Source: Chloroflexota bacterium
Lineage (GTDB): Bacteria > Chloroflexota > UBA11872 > VXNJ01
NCBI GenBank assembly: GCA_965261345.1
Contig: OZ253449.1
Coordinates: 64,001-128,000 of the forward strand
DNA: 64,000 bases
Direction of reading: 5' to 3'
Both the position numbers and the translations under genes were made by a program. How positions within the stretch are numbered: position 1 is the stretch's first letter; every line of letters starts with the position of its first letter. The notes beneath the pieces are model-generated. The model had not been told where the DNA came from and did no database searches. It saw only the letters and a list, made by a program, of their open reading frames with translations. Shown piece by piece: positions 52,084 to 62,026 of the stretch.

Positions 52084-52252
52084 CCAAATTCGATTGCGGC
52101 ATATGCTGGACGCAGCCCGCGAAGCCCGATCCTTCGCGCGGGATCGGCCTCGCCAAGCCCTTGATCGTGACCGCCAACTTGTGCTTGCGTTGGTCAAAGA
52201 TATAGAAATCGTCGGTGAAGCGGCGACTGGGGTCACAGAGCCTACGCGGTGG
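52070..52252 (+). pseudogene. hepT: HEPN toxin truncated by IS3
   Basis: Identical to the N-terminal half of 33460-33822; lacks the RNxxxH motif. Confidence 0.85.
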
Positions 52253-53618
52253 TGGCCGGCTCCCCCTCATTGGTACCAGAGGGAATGTGAATAATCTGGT
52301 TCCAACGAAAGGGGACTGCAATGGCGAAGCGCAAGTACTCGCCCGAACAGATCATCAACAAGCTCCGGGCCATAGAGCTAGGCATCGCCCAGGGCGACAC
52401 CGTCGAGCAGAGCTGCCGCCAGGCGGCGATCAACGTCCAGACCTATTACCGCTGGCGCTCCCGCTACGGGGGAATGACGCTCGCCGAGGCCAAGGAGAAC
52501 AAGCGCCTGCGCGAGGAGAACAAGCGCTTAAAACACGCGGTGGCCGATCTAACGCTCGACAACCAGATCCTTCAATGAGAGGCCTTAAGGAAACTTCTAA
52601 GCCCGGAGCGGCGGCGCAAGTGCGTCGACCACGTCCGGGCCAAGTTCCCGGTGTCTGAACGAAGAGCCTGCCGGGTGCTGGGCCAATCGCGCCGCACCCA
52701 GCGCTACATCCCAAAACCCGATCCGGAAGAGGACAACCTCACCGCCGAGATCAGGACGCTCTCCCTCAAGCACCCCCGCTATGGCTACAAGCGCATCACC
52801 GCCCTGCTTAAACGCTCGGGCTGGAAACTGAACCGCAAGCGGGTCCTGCGCATCTGGCGCGCGCAGGGCCTTAAGGTCCCGATCCGAAAGGTCAAGAAGT
52901 CGCGCCTCTGGCTTTAAGAACGGACGCTCTACGCGGCTTATGGCCGAGCGCCCGAATCACGTCTGGGCCTACGACTTTGCTTAACCAGCGCACCGAGGAC
53001 GGCAGACCGCTGCGGATCCTGACCGTGGTCGATGAGTTCACCCGCGTGGCCTTAGCGGCCCGGGCGGCCCGATCCTTCCCCGCCCGGGACGTGATCGAGA
53101 CAATCGCCGACCTCATGCTCATCCACGGGGTCCCCGAGCACATCCGCTCTGACAACGGCCCCGAATTTACTGCCAAAGCGATAAGGCAATGGCTATCGGC
53201 AAACCAGGTCAAGACCGTCTACATCAAGCCCGGAGCACCATGGGAGAACGCCTATGCCGAATCCTTCATCTCCAGGGTGAGGGACGAACTCCTGGAGCGC
53301 GAGATCTTCTACACCCTCGAAGAAGCCAGGGTGATGCTGGAGCGCTTCCGGATCGACTACAACAGCGTGCGTCCGCACTCGGCGCTCGGCTACCTATCGC
53401 CCCTGGAAGCGATCGCGGCGGCGGCGTGATGGAGTACCTGCAAGTTGCCATCCGGCTGCTGCCGGCCGGCCTCATCGACGGCCTGGCGTCCGTCTTCGTG
53501 GGTGCTACGGGCGGCCGCAATATCAGCTTCGCCGCCAGCTCTCCTGCAGGCGAGCTGGCGGCACTCTCCCACAAGACAATGTCTCAAACCACCTGGTACC
53601 AAAACCGGGGACCTGCCA
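52253..53618 (+). mobile_element. IS3-family element with disrupted orfA/orfB
   Basis: TG...CA ends with IRs sharing TTGGTACCAG; orfA 52321-52578; orfB YGYKRI, WAYDF, SDNGPEF, PWENAYAES, RPHSALGY with stops and frameshifts. Confidence 0.9.
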
Positions 53619-54151
53619 CCAGCAATCATCCTTCGACGTCAGCCGGGTCCGTTTACCCCATCGTGGAAATACAACCGATTGCGCACGGTGACTTCAGCCA
53701 AGTGCGGGCCACGATCAAGATAAGTACTTTGAAACTTGGCGAGACCATAACTGCTTTGCCAAGGTTGCTTCCGCAGCTTGGCGTGCCGACGGATGCTGTT
53801 GGCGTGGTAGTGCCCATAAGTTTTGCGCCCGAACCTCTGCCGGTAAGACTGATTGCCACGCCCCCACCTGCGTTCTTGTTCCCAAATCAATCGAGACAAT
53901 TGGATTCAGAAGTTCAACCGGTTTCGACTGCAGTACCGAATGGTGAGTCTGGTGAAATTACTATCACCAAAGTCGCGAATCAACCACGATCCGAATCGGA
54001 ATTGGTCGCAGATTCGTATGTGGAAACGCCCGAACCAGCAGTCGCCAGTGAATCGGACTGGGATTCAAATCGTGTTGCGGCGTTTTGGCTTTCAGCCTTC
54101 GCGTTGATTGCGATGGCATATTTTCTAAGAAAACGGCTGCGGAACTCATAA
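53619..54151 (+). pseudogene. 3' part of a membrane-anchored protein cut by IS3
   Basis: Open frame ending in a transmembrane helix and basic tail (FWLSAFALIAMAYFLRKRLRNS). Confidence 0.45.
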
Positions 54152-54524
54152 TCCCTGCTCTACTTTTTGGATACAGTGATCGCCGGGATGCTCCAGACTC
54201 ACTTTCGCTGAGTTGCGACAGATTGACTCCAACATTGAACCCGTTCCGCAAAAAGGCAACTGCCGAAGCCGCGCGGGAACTCGCCGGCGCGATCAGCACG
54301 TAAGAACCGCCGGAACCCTGTCGCCGACGCTATTGCTGGTCAGCGGGAGTGACATTGTCGCTGAGCGACGTCATTCATGGACGATAGATTGTGGACCTTC
54401 GCCAGAAACTCAACCCGGGAATGGCAAGCCGAGTCGGCTGCACGTTATACCTAACCCCTAAAATCCAACGCGTATCTCATTTGGGATAGATTTGGAAAAG
54501 GACAGGGCTGGACGGAATTGTTTC

Positions 54525-54782
54525 ATGGCTAAATCTGCGATGATCCGCGCCAGGGTTGAGCCAGGCTTGAAGAGTGAAGTAGAGGGAGTTTTTTCCGAAC
54601 TTGGATTGTCCGCTACCGAGGCGATCACGCTTTTTTACAAGCAAGTTGCGATTCACCATGGATTGCCATTCCCGGTTCGAATTCCAAATGCCGCAACTAT
54701 TGCGGCAATAAACGATGCTCGCGGCGGCGTGAACCTTATTGAATATTCGGGATTTGACGAATTAGTCGCGGACGTTGAGTGA
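54525..54782 (+). CDS. dinJ: RelB/DinJ antitoxin
   Basis: IRARVEP.LK..VE..F..LGLS..EAI.LF..Q.....GLPF....PN..T. Confidence 0.9.
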   Translation: MAKSAMIRARVEPGLKSEVEGVFSELGLSATEAITLFYKQVAIHHGLPFPVRIPNAATIAAINDARGGVNLIEYSGFDELVADVE

Positions 54783-55053
54783 AGCGAAACGGCTCCGCAC
54801 GACTCGGCAATTCCGAAAAGACTTACGGACAGTTAGCAGGCGAGGCAAGGATCTTGAACGATTGCGCACATTCGTAGAGTGCATCCAGCACGGACAATCA
54901 TTGCCGGCCGCAAGCCAACCCCACCGATTGATTGGAAATTTGTCAGGGTTTTGGGAGTGCCACCTCGAACCTGACTGGCTATTGATTAGGCAAGAAGACG
55001 ATACAACGGTGCATTTGGTCCGCACAGGCGCCCATTCAGACCTTTTCGAGTAG
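54775..55053 (+). CDS. yafQ: YafQ family toxin
   Basis: QFRKD...H.L.GN..GFWECHLEPDWLLI...LVRTG.HSDLF. Confidence 0.9.
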   Translation: MSEAKRLRTTRQFRKDLRTVSRRGKDLERLRTFVECIQHGQSLPAASQPHRLIGNLSGFWECHLEPDWLLIRQEDDTTVHLVRTGAHSDLFE

Positions 55054-55213
55054 ACGGTCAAATTGAACGGCGATCGGGCCTGATTTCGAGCGCTCGTCGA
55101 CGAGCTGTGATCACCGGTTTGTTTTGACCCACCCAGATTGATTGTTCTGGAGCTTGGCTTTCCTCCGCACAACACTGCTTGGCCCAATCGACCGTATGCC
55201 CGTATAGTCACGC

Positions 55214-55520
55214 GTGAAGACTGCAATTTCACTTTTTGGTGGAATTTTGGGAAACGCCGCCCAAACGTCCGCCTGGCTCGGGACCGTACCCAGCGGCTTA
55301 ATGGCGCTCGTGCTTGCCGGATTCATCGCCAAGCACGACAGTGACGATGTCACGGCGCAACTCAATGCCGTTTACAGCGAAACTTCCGGCAGCCTTGATC
55401 CGGCAATCAGGGGTATTCAAGCGCTCTCAATGGATAACGATCGATGGTGATCGGGAGGAGAGAAACGTGGTGGGCGAACTTTCCCGAACCTCAAGGGATC
55501 CGATCCTGGATTCACACCCA
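55214..55520 (+). pseudogene. ChpI-like antitoxin and mazF 5' remnant
   Basis: MKTAISL...DVTAQLNAVY...LDP then VIGRRETWWANFPEPQGS; related to 3493-4052. Confidence 0.6.
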
Positions 55521-55739
55521 GGTTGTTTCTCGATCAACTTCATTCAAATGACCGCTTGTCATGTCCACCGGGGCGACTTCCTTGGATTGGGTCGATGAAA
55601 TTGCCGGCACCTGTCCAATTGCGTCAGATGCAATCCGGCGATGCCATAGTGGAAATCGCCGCGTTGAAAAAACCGACGACGTAGGCCCTCTTCACCTGCA
55701 GTGCGCTTAGCATGACTGGCCGAATCAGTACATCAGGGG

Positions 55740-55767
55740 ATTTGAACTAATAGGGGTTATGTCGAAC
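55740..55767 (+). other. dif-like site
   Basis: ATTTGAACTAA-TAGGGG-TTATGTCGAAC. Confidence 0.8.
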
Positions 55768-55884
55768 TCCGGCGCCCGCGTTTCCCCATCGCAGCTCGCA
55801 GCGGCGCTTCGGGATTGCGCCGATCCATCAACTACCCAGTTGCGTGAACTGACACCCGCCTAAACGCGAATCCTGAAAAACATT

Positions 55885-56178
55885 TCAATCGATTCGCGCA
55901 GTGGCAAACCGCCCGACTTCGATCTTCTTGGATCTTGCTTTCGCCAGATCGCAGGCGGCTTGTAGGCCAAGCCATGTTTCCGGGGTCGAACCAAAACCCT
56001 TTGCCAGGCGAATGGCCATTTCTACCGAAACCCCGGCCTTCTCATTAACCAGCTCCGAGAGCGTTTGACGGGATACGCCAAGTCCTTTGGCAGCCCTGGT
56101 TATTGATAGGCTCAACGGCGCAAGGCATTCGTGCCTGACGATTTCGCCAGGGTGCGGCGGGTTATTCATCGGCACCAT
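55885..56178 (-). CDS. higA: HigA antitoxin (preceded by a higB 3' remnant at ~56186-56290)
   Basis: PPHPGEIVR...; paralogue of 903-1160; remnant NWRVTFRFIDGNAHDVDYIDYH upstream. Confidence 0.88.
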   Translation of the reverse strand: MVPMNNPPHPGEIVRHECLAPLSLSITRAAKGLGVSRQTLSELVNEKAGVSVEMAIRLAKGFGSTPETWLGLQAACDLAKARSKKIEVGRFATARID

Positions 56179-56377
56179 TTCCCCCTTAGTGGTAGTCGAT
56201 GTAATCGACATCATGAGCGTTGCCGTCGATGAACCTGAAAGTTACTCGCCAATTCGCCGTTAAGGAAACGGTACTAACCCGTGCTGGTGCGACAAACGTG
56301 CATGCAATGTATCGCGCAATGATACACTTTGCATAGAATGACCGCATTTGAGGCACCGCTTTGCTTGAGGACCGGCA

Positions 56378-56614
56378 ATGCCCACGGTGGCAATAGAGGG
56401 CCAGGTTCGCTTCATCGTTAATACCAGGGAACATAGTTTTGAACCCCCGCACGTGCACGTCTGGGTAGGCAATGAAGATGTTTGCCGCATTGAACTCAAT
56501 GGCGGTACCTTCATGGAAGCACCCCCGCCCGGAACACGCAGGGAGATAACGAGAGCCTATGCGAGATTTGCCGCGGAAATCAAAAAGACTTGGGACCAAA
56601 TCCATGGAGGGTAG
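56378..56614 (+). CDS. DUF4160-like protein
   Basis: F...REH..EPPHVHV...C.IEL...I...W..IHG. Confidence 0.75.
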   Translation: MPTVAIEGQVRFIVNTREHSFEPPHVHVWVGNEDVCRIELNGGTFMEAPPPGTRREITRAYARFAAEIKKTWDQIHGG

Positions 56615-56617
56615 AAA

Positions 56618-57121
56618 ATGGCCGTCGTTCTAGTCAGAAATGCCAATCGAATGATGACGATTGCCAGCTTAACCGAGGAAGGCATCAAGCTGGGCTTTGC
56701 AGATGGGTCCAGGGGCGTCATTCCATACGGCGATGTCCCCGAAATCAGGGAGCGCGCAGCCATCTCCGGCATTGAGTTGCCGAATCCCTACGAAATGGTC
56801 ATAAAGACTGCCCGCGGCGAACAGGTTGAGATCCCCTGGGACTTTGCCCGACACTACTGTGACAAGTCATATCGACCAACGATCGAAGCAATTGCCATGC
56901 AGGGAAGGCAGGTCCTGGGCGAACGCATACGCCAATCCAGACAATCCAGCGGTTTAACGCAAGAGCGTCTCGCGCGCGCGGCAAATATCGGGCGCGTAAC
57001 CCTGGTGCGGTTGGAAAAGGGAGAGCAAACACCTAGGCTCAAGACCCTTGATGCGATTGCCAACGCCTTAGGGACTCGCGCAGCTGATCTACTTGTCGAT
57101 CCCGAGTGGCTTGACCGATAA
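56618..57121 (+). CDS. DUF2442-like domain fused to XRE HTH
   Basis: IKLGFADG N-terminus; LGERIRQ.R...GLTQE.LA..A.IGR.T..RLEKG. Confidence 0.75.
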   Translation: MAVVLVRNANRMMTIASLTEEGIKLGFADGSRGVIPYGDVPEIRERAAISGIELPNPYEMVIKTARGEQVEIPWDFARHYCDKSYRPTIEAIAMQGRQVLGERIRQSRQSSGLTQERLARAANIGRVTLVRLEKGEQTPRLKTLDAIANALGTRAADLLVDPEWLDR

Positions 57122-57316
57122 CTTTCGACAAGCCGTAGAAATTTGGGGCGGTCACCAGATCAAGCCAGCAACCGCTCATCAAGGGTCCCCACATCTTCGA
57201 TATAGCCGTCAGTACTTGCCCGGCACCCTTGTCAAATTTGGTCGCTTGAGTGGCAAGTTTCCAGATCACCCCGCCCAATTTCCGGTGATTTGCTCGAAGT
57301 ATTACGGGTGTTCGCG

Positions 57317-57344
57317 ATTTGTCATAGTGAGTATTATGACTACT
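57317..57344 (+). other. dif-like site
   Basis: ATTTGTCATAG-TGAGTA-TTATGACTACT. Confidence 0.75.
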
Positions 57345-57424
57345 AAAAAACCCCATCCGGCCATGCAGTTGGCCGCAATTCGCCAACGAAGTCAATTTCG
57401 TAGACAACCTCTAAGGAAGCGTCT

Positions 57425-57535
57425 GTGCCGATGAAATGCCCTCCTCACCCAGGCGAAATCGTGAGGCGGGAACGCCTGGAGCCATTTGGCTTATCCGTTA
57501 CGAGGGCCGCCAAAGGATTGGGAGTTTCGCCGCGA
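57425..57535 (+). pseudogene. higA: higA 5' fragment
   Basis: [36 protein letters not shown]. Confidence 0.65.
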
Positions 57536-57765
57536 TTTTCCCGCCGATGGCTCGGAACCAAGCCAGCATGAGCTTATCTCTGAATCGTTTCTGCGGCCTC
57601 AAGAATTCCGCTCGCGTCGGCCGGAAGTCACCGTCCGCATGCCCGAGCATTCCCTAGGGGAGGCCGACCAGGCGGACTTTGACCGCCTGGGGCCGGTAAT
57701 TGACCGGAGCCGCAACCGCACTGATCGGGCGTCGCCCGGGACCTTGTTCAGTGTCAAGTCAGGAC

Positions 57766-57793
57766 AATGAAGCTCATAGGGATTACGTCTAGT
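57766..57793 (+). other. dif-like site
   Basis: AATGAAGCTCA-TAGGGA-TTACGTCTAGT. Confidence 0.65.
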
Positions 57794-58128
57794 AGTGATC
57801 ATCGCTCGGCTTTAGCCACGGGTCAATCTGCTGGGTGCGAGCGTGCGGCACCTATGGATGGCATTGAGCCGCTGTCCGCCTGTCGGACGAGCGATTGTTT
57901 TTACTTGGTGAGATATTGTTTCCGCATCACCACACGACTTGCTCCCGACGGTGGGGCCACGATATTTGGTGTGCGCAATCCGGTCGGAAGTTTTTCGACA
58001 ACATCATATCGTGCATCAACGGATCTAAGCCTGCTTTGTTTGGATCGCAAATCTGATACCCTCGATAACCCGGCAATCAATGACGCACGGCGTGAGATTC
58101 ATATCCACCAATTAACTGAAGAATTCAA

Positions 58129-58374
58129 ATGTCGGAGGACAGCAACCGTCACGTGGTCACTAATCCTGAAGGTGGGTGGGATGTCGTCAAGCCGAACGCG
58201 GATCGGTCGTCAGCTTATCTGCAAACGCAAGCTGATGCGGTTGAGCTCACGCGCGAAATCGTAGAGAACTTTGGCGGGGGCGAAGTCGTGATTCACCGCC
58301 GCGATGGCCGGATCCGGGATTCCGATACAGTTCCGCCCGGGAACGACCCTAACCCGCCACGCGACTCTCGTTAA
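58129..58374 (+). CDS. DUF2188 family protein
   Basis: RHVV....GGW.V.....R.S....TQ.DA...EVVIH..DGRIRDSDT. Confidence 0.85.
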   Translation: MSEDSNRHVVTNPEGGWDVVKPNADRSSAYLQTQADAVELTREIVENFGGGEVVIHRRDGRIRDSDTVPPGNDPNPPRDSR

Positions 58375-58635
58375 TCGGTCGCCAATTAGAAGTGCCGAGT
58401 GACTAACCTAGCGGCTGAGATTCGGTAGTGACATTGGTCTGCCGACTCTCGGCGAATCTGTCAGAGTGATGGGCCAGTTCGAACTGGAGCAATCCTATTG
58501 GCTGGTTTCCTTGCAGGCGGTGGCATTCGTGCGTGAACGGATCGTTTCTGCGCCGGCCCTTTCGCCGAATTGAATCAATTGTGGTTGAGGTGAACCGATT
58601 CAACGGCAAGTCGCGATTCGAGCCGAGAGATCCAC

Positions 58636-59553
58636 TTGGGACAACATAAAAACCCACAAGAGTATTGGCGGCATTTCGGGAGTCCACCCGGCAAACGCAT
58701 GATCTGGCAATTTGACACGAAAATTCTGAAATATTCCAATCGCCCAATTCCAATCAAGAATGTCGCGCAAGCACGCAATTACTATTCGCCAGTTGACGAA
58801 AAAATGCTGGCTGAATTGATTGAAGCTCCTGCCCACGGGCCACTAAACAAGCTCCGCAACCGAGAGGACCTTAACCCCGACGATCGCTCGAGCGTTGCGT
58901 GGTACATAAACGCGATGGTTCGGCGGGGGCCGCGCGCCCGAAATCATTTGCTGGAAGTATTACCAACCGAATTCAGCGCCTATCGTAAACGACTAATTGC
59001 AAATCTCGACCAGATGATTGAGCGGTACGGACATACCAGTGCCGAATGGATCAACGCACTTGATCAATTGAGTGAACGCATCCTTCGCGGCGACGTTTCT
59101 GACAAGGACGACTTAATCAGGTCGCAGTATTTGGTGGGAAAAGTCGCACTTGCCGTCTTTCATATGCAATGGGTGATAGTCCATTCGAATCGAACTGGTG
59201 AGTTCATAACCAATGACAACCCGGTGTTTTTTACTGAAGGGATCGGCTTGGGGCACCCACAAGCAGAATTGACTCTTCCGCTGTCGCCGCGCACGGCGTT
59301 GCATGCGTCGTGGCGAGGACGGGAATTCGGGCTCGAACATGCATCAGCGACTCAAAATCAACTGGTGAAAGAGATTAATCGACGGACGGTATATGTTGCG
59401 GATCGCATGTTGTACTCACGCGGTAAGCACGATTGGTTAGCGGCAATCGCCGCAAAAAAGCCAAATGTCTTGCTGAAGCCCCTGTACTTTGGACATCCTG
59501 GATTCCAACCAGTTGAAATCCCGGACGAGGACCAATATGCTAGCGTGATTTGA
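58636..59553 (+). CDS. DUF4238 family protein
   Basis: H..PQ.Y.R.F N-terminus; FITNDNPV...LPLSPR motif. Confidence 0.75.
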   Translation: MGQHKNPQEYWRHFGSPPGKRMIWQFDTKILKYSNRPIPIKNVAQARNYYSPVDEKMLAELIEAPAHGPLNKLRNREDLNPDDRSSVAWYINAMVRRGPRARNHLLEVLPTEFSAYRKRLIANLDQMIERYGHTSAEWINALDQLSERILRGDVSDKDDLIRSQYLVGKVALAVFHMQWVIVHSNRTGEFITNDNPVFFTEGIGLGHPQAELTLPLSPRTALHASWRGREFGLEHASATQNQLVKEINRRTVYVADRMLYSRGKHDWLAAIAAKKPNVLLKPLYFGHPGFQPVEIPDEDQYASVI

Positions 59554-59650
59554 GCTCAAATCCGAACGGCGCAGCCTAGTGCAACGAAGTGAAATGCCGC
59601 AACGAACCGCGTCATCTGAACTTTCGATTGGTCCTCAGCAGACAGCGTCC

Positions 59651-59672
59651 GTTTTTCATAATCGCAATTATG
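59651..59672 (+). other. dif-like site split by intron 3 (remainder at 61597-61602)
   Basis: GTTTTTCATAA-TCGCAA-TTATG|intron|TCTTGC. Confidence 0.8.
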
Positions 59673-61596
59673 GAACAGCCAGGCTAACTGGCATGGGACA
59701 GGGGTGCAAGTCCCCCGTGCTGTAAAGAAGGGAGCCATTCTGCAGCACTCTGCGAGTCATGCGCTGATCGCCGCGAGGCGGTTGGTGAAGCGTTGACAGC
59801 AGCGCGTGTGGGCGGGGCGATCGAGCGCCGCAACCTTTACATTCCGGAGCGCCGAGGCTTTCATATTGGTCGAAGGCAACACCTGCTGCGACGACAAATG
59901 GCCAGTCGCAGTTTGGGCTCCGCGGCGTCAAAGAACCCAGGCACGCACGTACGTCTCCTGCCGGGACCTGGGAGATCTGCCAGGTGCCCCGCCATCTCGC
60001 ACGACGGGGCCGCATCGGGGAGGGAGGCAACCGTAGCTGATGATGCACGCCGGGCAGAAGTCTGACGCGGCCGTAGTAGCTGTGAAGTCGGCGAACAAGG
60101 GAGAGCGATCTCCGGCGGAGTCGATAGAGCCAAGGGCCGCGACCAAGAGAAATCCGCAACGCCCGGCACGGGCCGAACCCAGAGTCGGGTAACCGTGTCA
60201 CTCGGAGCCGAGCGGATACGGCAATACGTTAAGGCAAATCCCGGAGGAAAACTCACCGCGCTCCTGCACCACTTAACCCCCGAAACGCTCTTTGCGGCCT
60301 ACTTTGCGCTCAAGCCGAACGCGGCCCCCGGCGCCGACGGGATAACGTGGCAGATGTACGGGGAAGGACTGACAGATAACCTGTCCGGCCTTCACCAACG
60401 CTTGCACAAAGGAGCGTACCGGGCGGCCCCCGTCCTAAGGGTGGAAATACCCAAACCGGACGGCGGAGTGCGAAAGCTCGGAATCGCATCCCTGGAAGAC
60501 AAAATCCTCCAGCGGGCGGTGACAGACAACCTCCTGAACCCGATCTACGAATCGGAGTTCGCGGGATTTAGCTACGGGTTCAGGCCCAATCGCTCAGCCC
60601 ACGATGCGCTGGACGCGCTCGCCTACGTAATAGGGCAACGCCGGGTCAACTGGGTAGCTGAGGTGGACATCAAGGGGTTCTTCGACAATATCGATCGGGA
60701 ACAGCTAATGGCGTTCCTGCAAGATCGCATCGCAGACCGCAGAGTCCTGCGCCTCATCCGAAAGTGGCTCGCCGCCGGTGTCCTTGACAACGGACTAAAG
60801 GTCGACCCCGCACGGGGCACACCGCAGGGAGCGCCGATATCGCCGCTGCTTGCCAACGTGTACCTGCTTGGGTGGGCTCGACCAATGGTTCGCGCGACAG
60901 TGGCGGCCGCAGAAAGCCATCGGCCAGGCCTACATGGTCAGATACGCCGATGACTTCGTACTGGGATTTGAGCACCGCCAAGATGCGGAGAGGTTCCTTA
61001 GGGACCTAGAGGAGCGGTTCACGAAATACGGACTGGAGTTGCACCCCGAGAAGACGCGCCTGATCGAGTTCGGCAAAAACGCGGCGCGTAACCACCGCCG
61101 GAGAGGCGAGCGACGACCGGAGACCTTTGACTTCCTCGGTCTGACGCACTACTGCCGAACGACTCGAACCGGACGCTTCGGACTGGGACGCAAGCCATCG
61201 TCCAAACGCGTTCGCCGCACCCTGAATGCGTTAAAGAACGCGCTGCGCTGGCGCATGCACGACGATCCGGTGGAAACCGGTCAATGGCTCGGAAGAGTAC
61301 TTCGTGGCTGGCTCGGCTACTACGCCGTCCCCACAAGCTACAAATCCCTGGACCAGTTCAAGCGCGCCCTGCAGTGGCTTTGGCTCCGCACTCTGCGCCG
61401 CCAGTCGCAAACCGCAAACTTTGCGTGGGAGCGGCTAGAAGCGATGTGTGAACAGCTTTGGCCCCGCATCCGCATCATCCACCCATGGCCCGCCACACGC
61501 TTTGCCGTCACCCACTCAAGGTAAGAGCCGGATGCGCTAACGCGCACGTCCGGATCCGTGCGGGGGGAGATCGGTAACGATCTTCCCTACCGCGAA
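59673..61596 (+). mobile_element. Group II intron 3
   Basis: Starts GAACAGCCAGG; D5 GAGCCGGATGCGCTAACGCGCACGTCCGGATC; ends CCTACCGCGAA. Confidence 0.92.
60195..61524 (+). pseudogene. ltrA: Intron RT/maturase, frameshifted near 60870
   Basis: RT motifs up to ISPLLANVYL in one frame; RYADDF and domain X in another. Confidence 0.88.
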
Positions 61597-61687
61597 TCTT
61601 GCTCCATTAATCGCGTAGCGCAGATTTGGCCAGCTTGCGTCCCGGGTTCGAGAGCAATCGCTCCGGTGAATCAATTCGCGATCGGAA

Positions 61688-62026
61688 TCAAACCTTTTCG
61701 ACAATCGCAACCGACCTAACTTCAAGTTGCACGCCCTCGTGTTCTTGGATTTGGTTAATCACTTCGAACAGGTTTTTGGCATGCGGGTTGCCATTCGATC
61801 CGAACATGCGCATTAGGCTCTTGGGCGATTTATGCGTGCGAGCGCCCAGTTCCTCAAACCCTATAGTGGCGTTTATGTAATCGCGCAGTAGGACTTTCCC
61901 TGCGTCGATTTCTCCGCCCAGCAAACATTGGACGCCCTCGTTCAATAACCCTTCCCGAAACAAGGGATCGACTATTGCCCGGGCTTGCACCGTTTCCTTG
62001 AATTCACGCGTAAGAGCCACTCTCAT
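61688..62026 (-). CDS. Addiction-module antidote (HTH DNA-binding)
   Basis: ALTREFKETVQAR...LLRDYINATIGFE.L...KSLMRM....GNP...NLF. Confidence 0.85.
   Translation of the reverse strand: MRVALTREFKETVQARAIVDPLFREGLLNEGVQCLLGGEIDAGKVLLRDYINATIGFEELGARTHKSPKSLMRMFGSNGNPHAKNLFEVINQIQEHEGVQLEVRSVAIVEKV

Noticed and set aside
53189-54151. 320-aa ORF as a real gene
   Set aside because: Its first half is an alternate frame of IS3; only the part after 53618 looks like a truncated host gene.
54428-54455. Weak site candidates: 54428 (TTATACCTAAC), 11851, 14412, 15970, 34672, 63536
   Set aside because: Intergenic but too degenerate to call by eye; need PWM scoring.
46593-61524. RTs as retron, DGR or defence RTs
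   Set aside because: Each has domain X and is embedded in group II ribozyme domains with D5/D6; no TR/VR or msr-msd seen.
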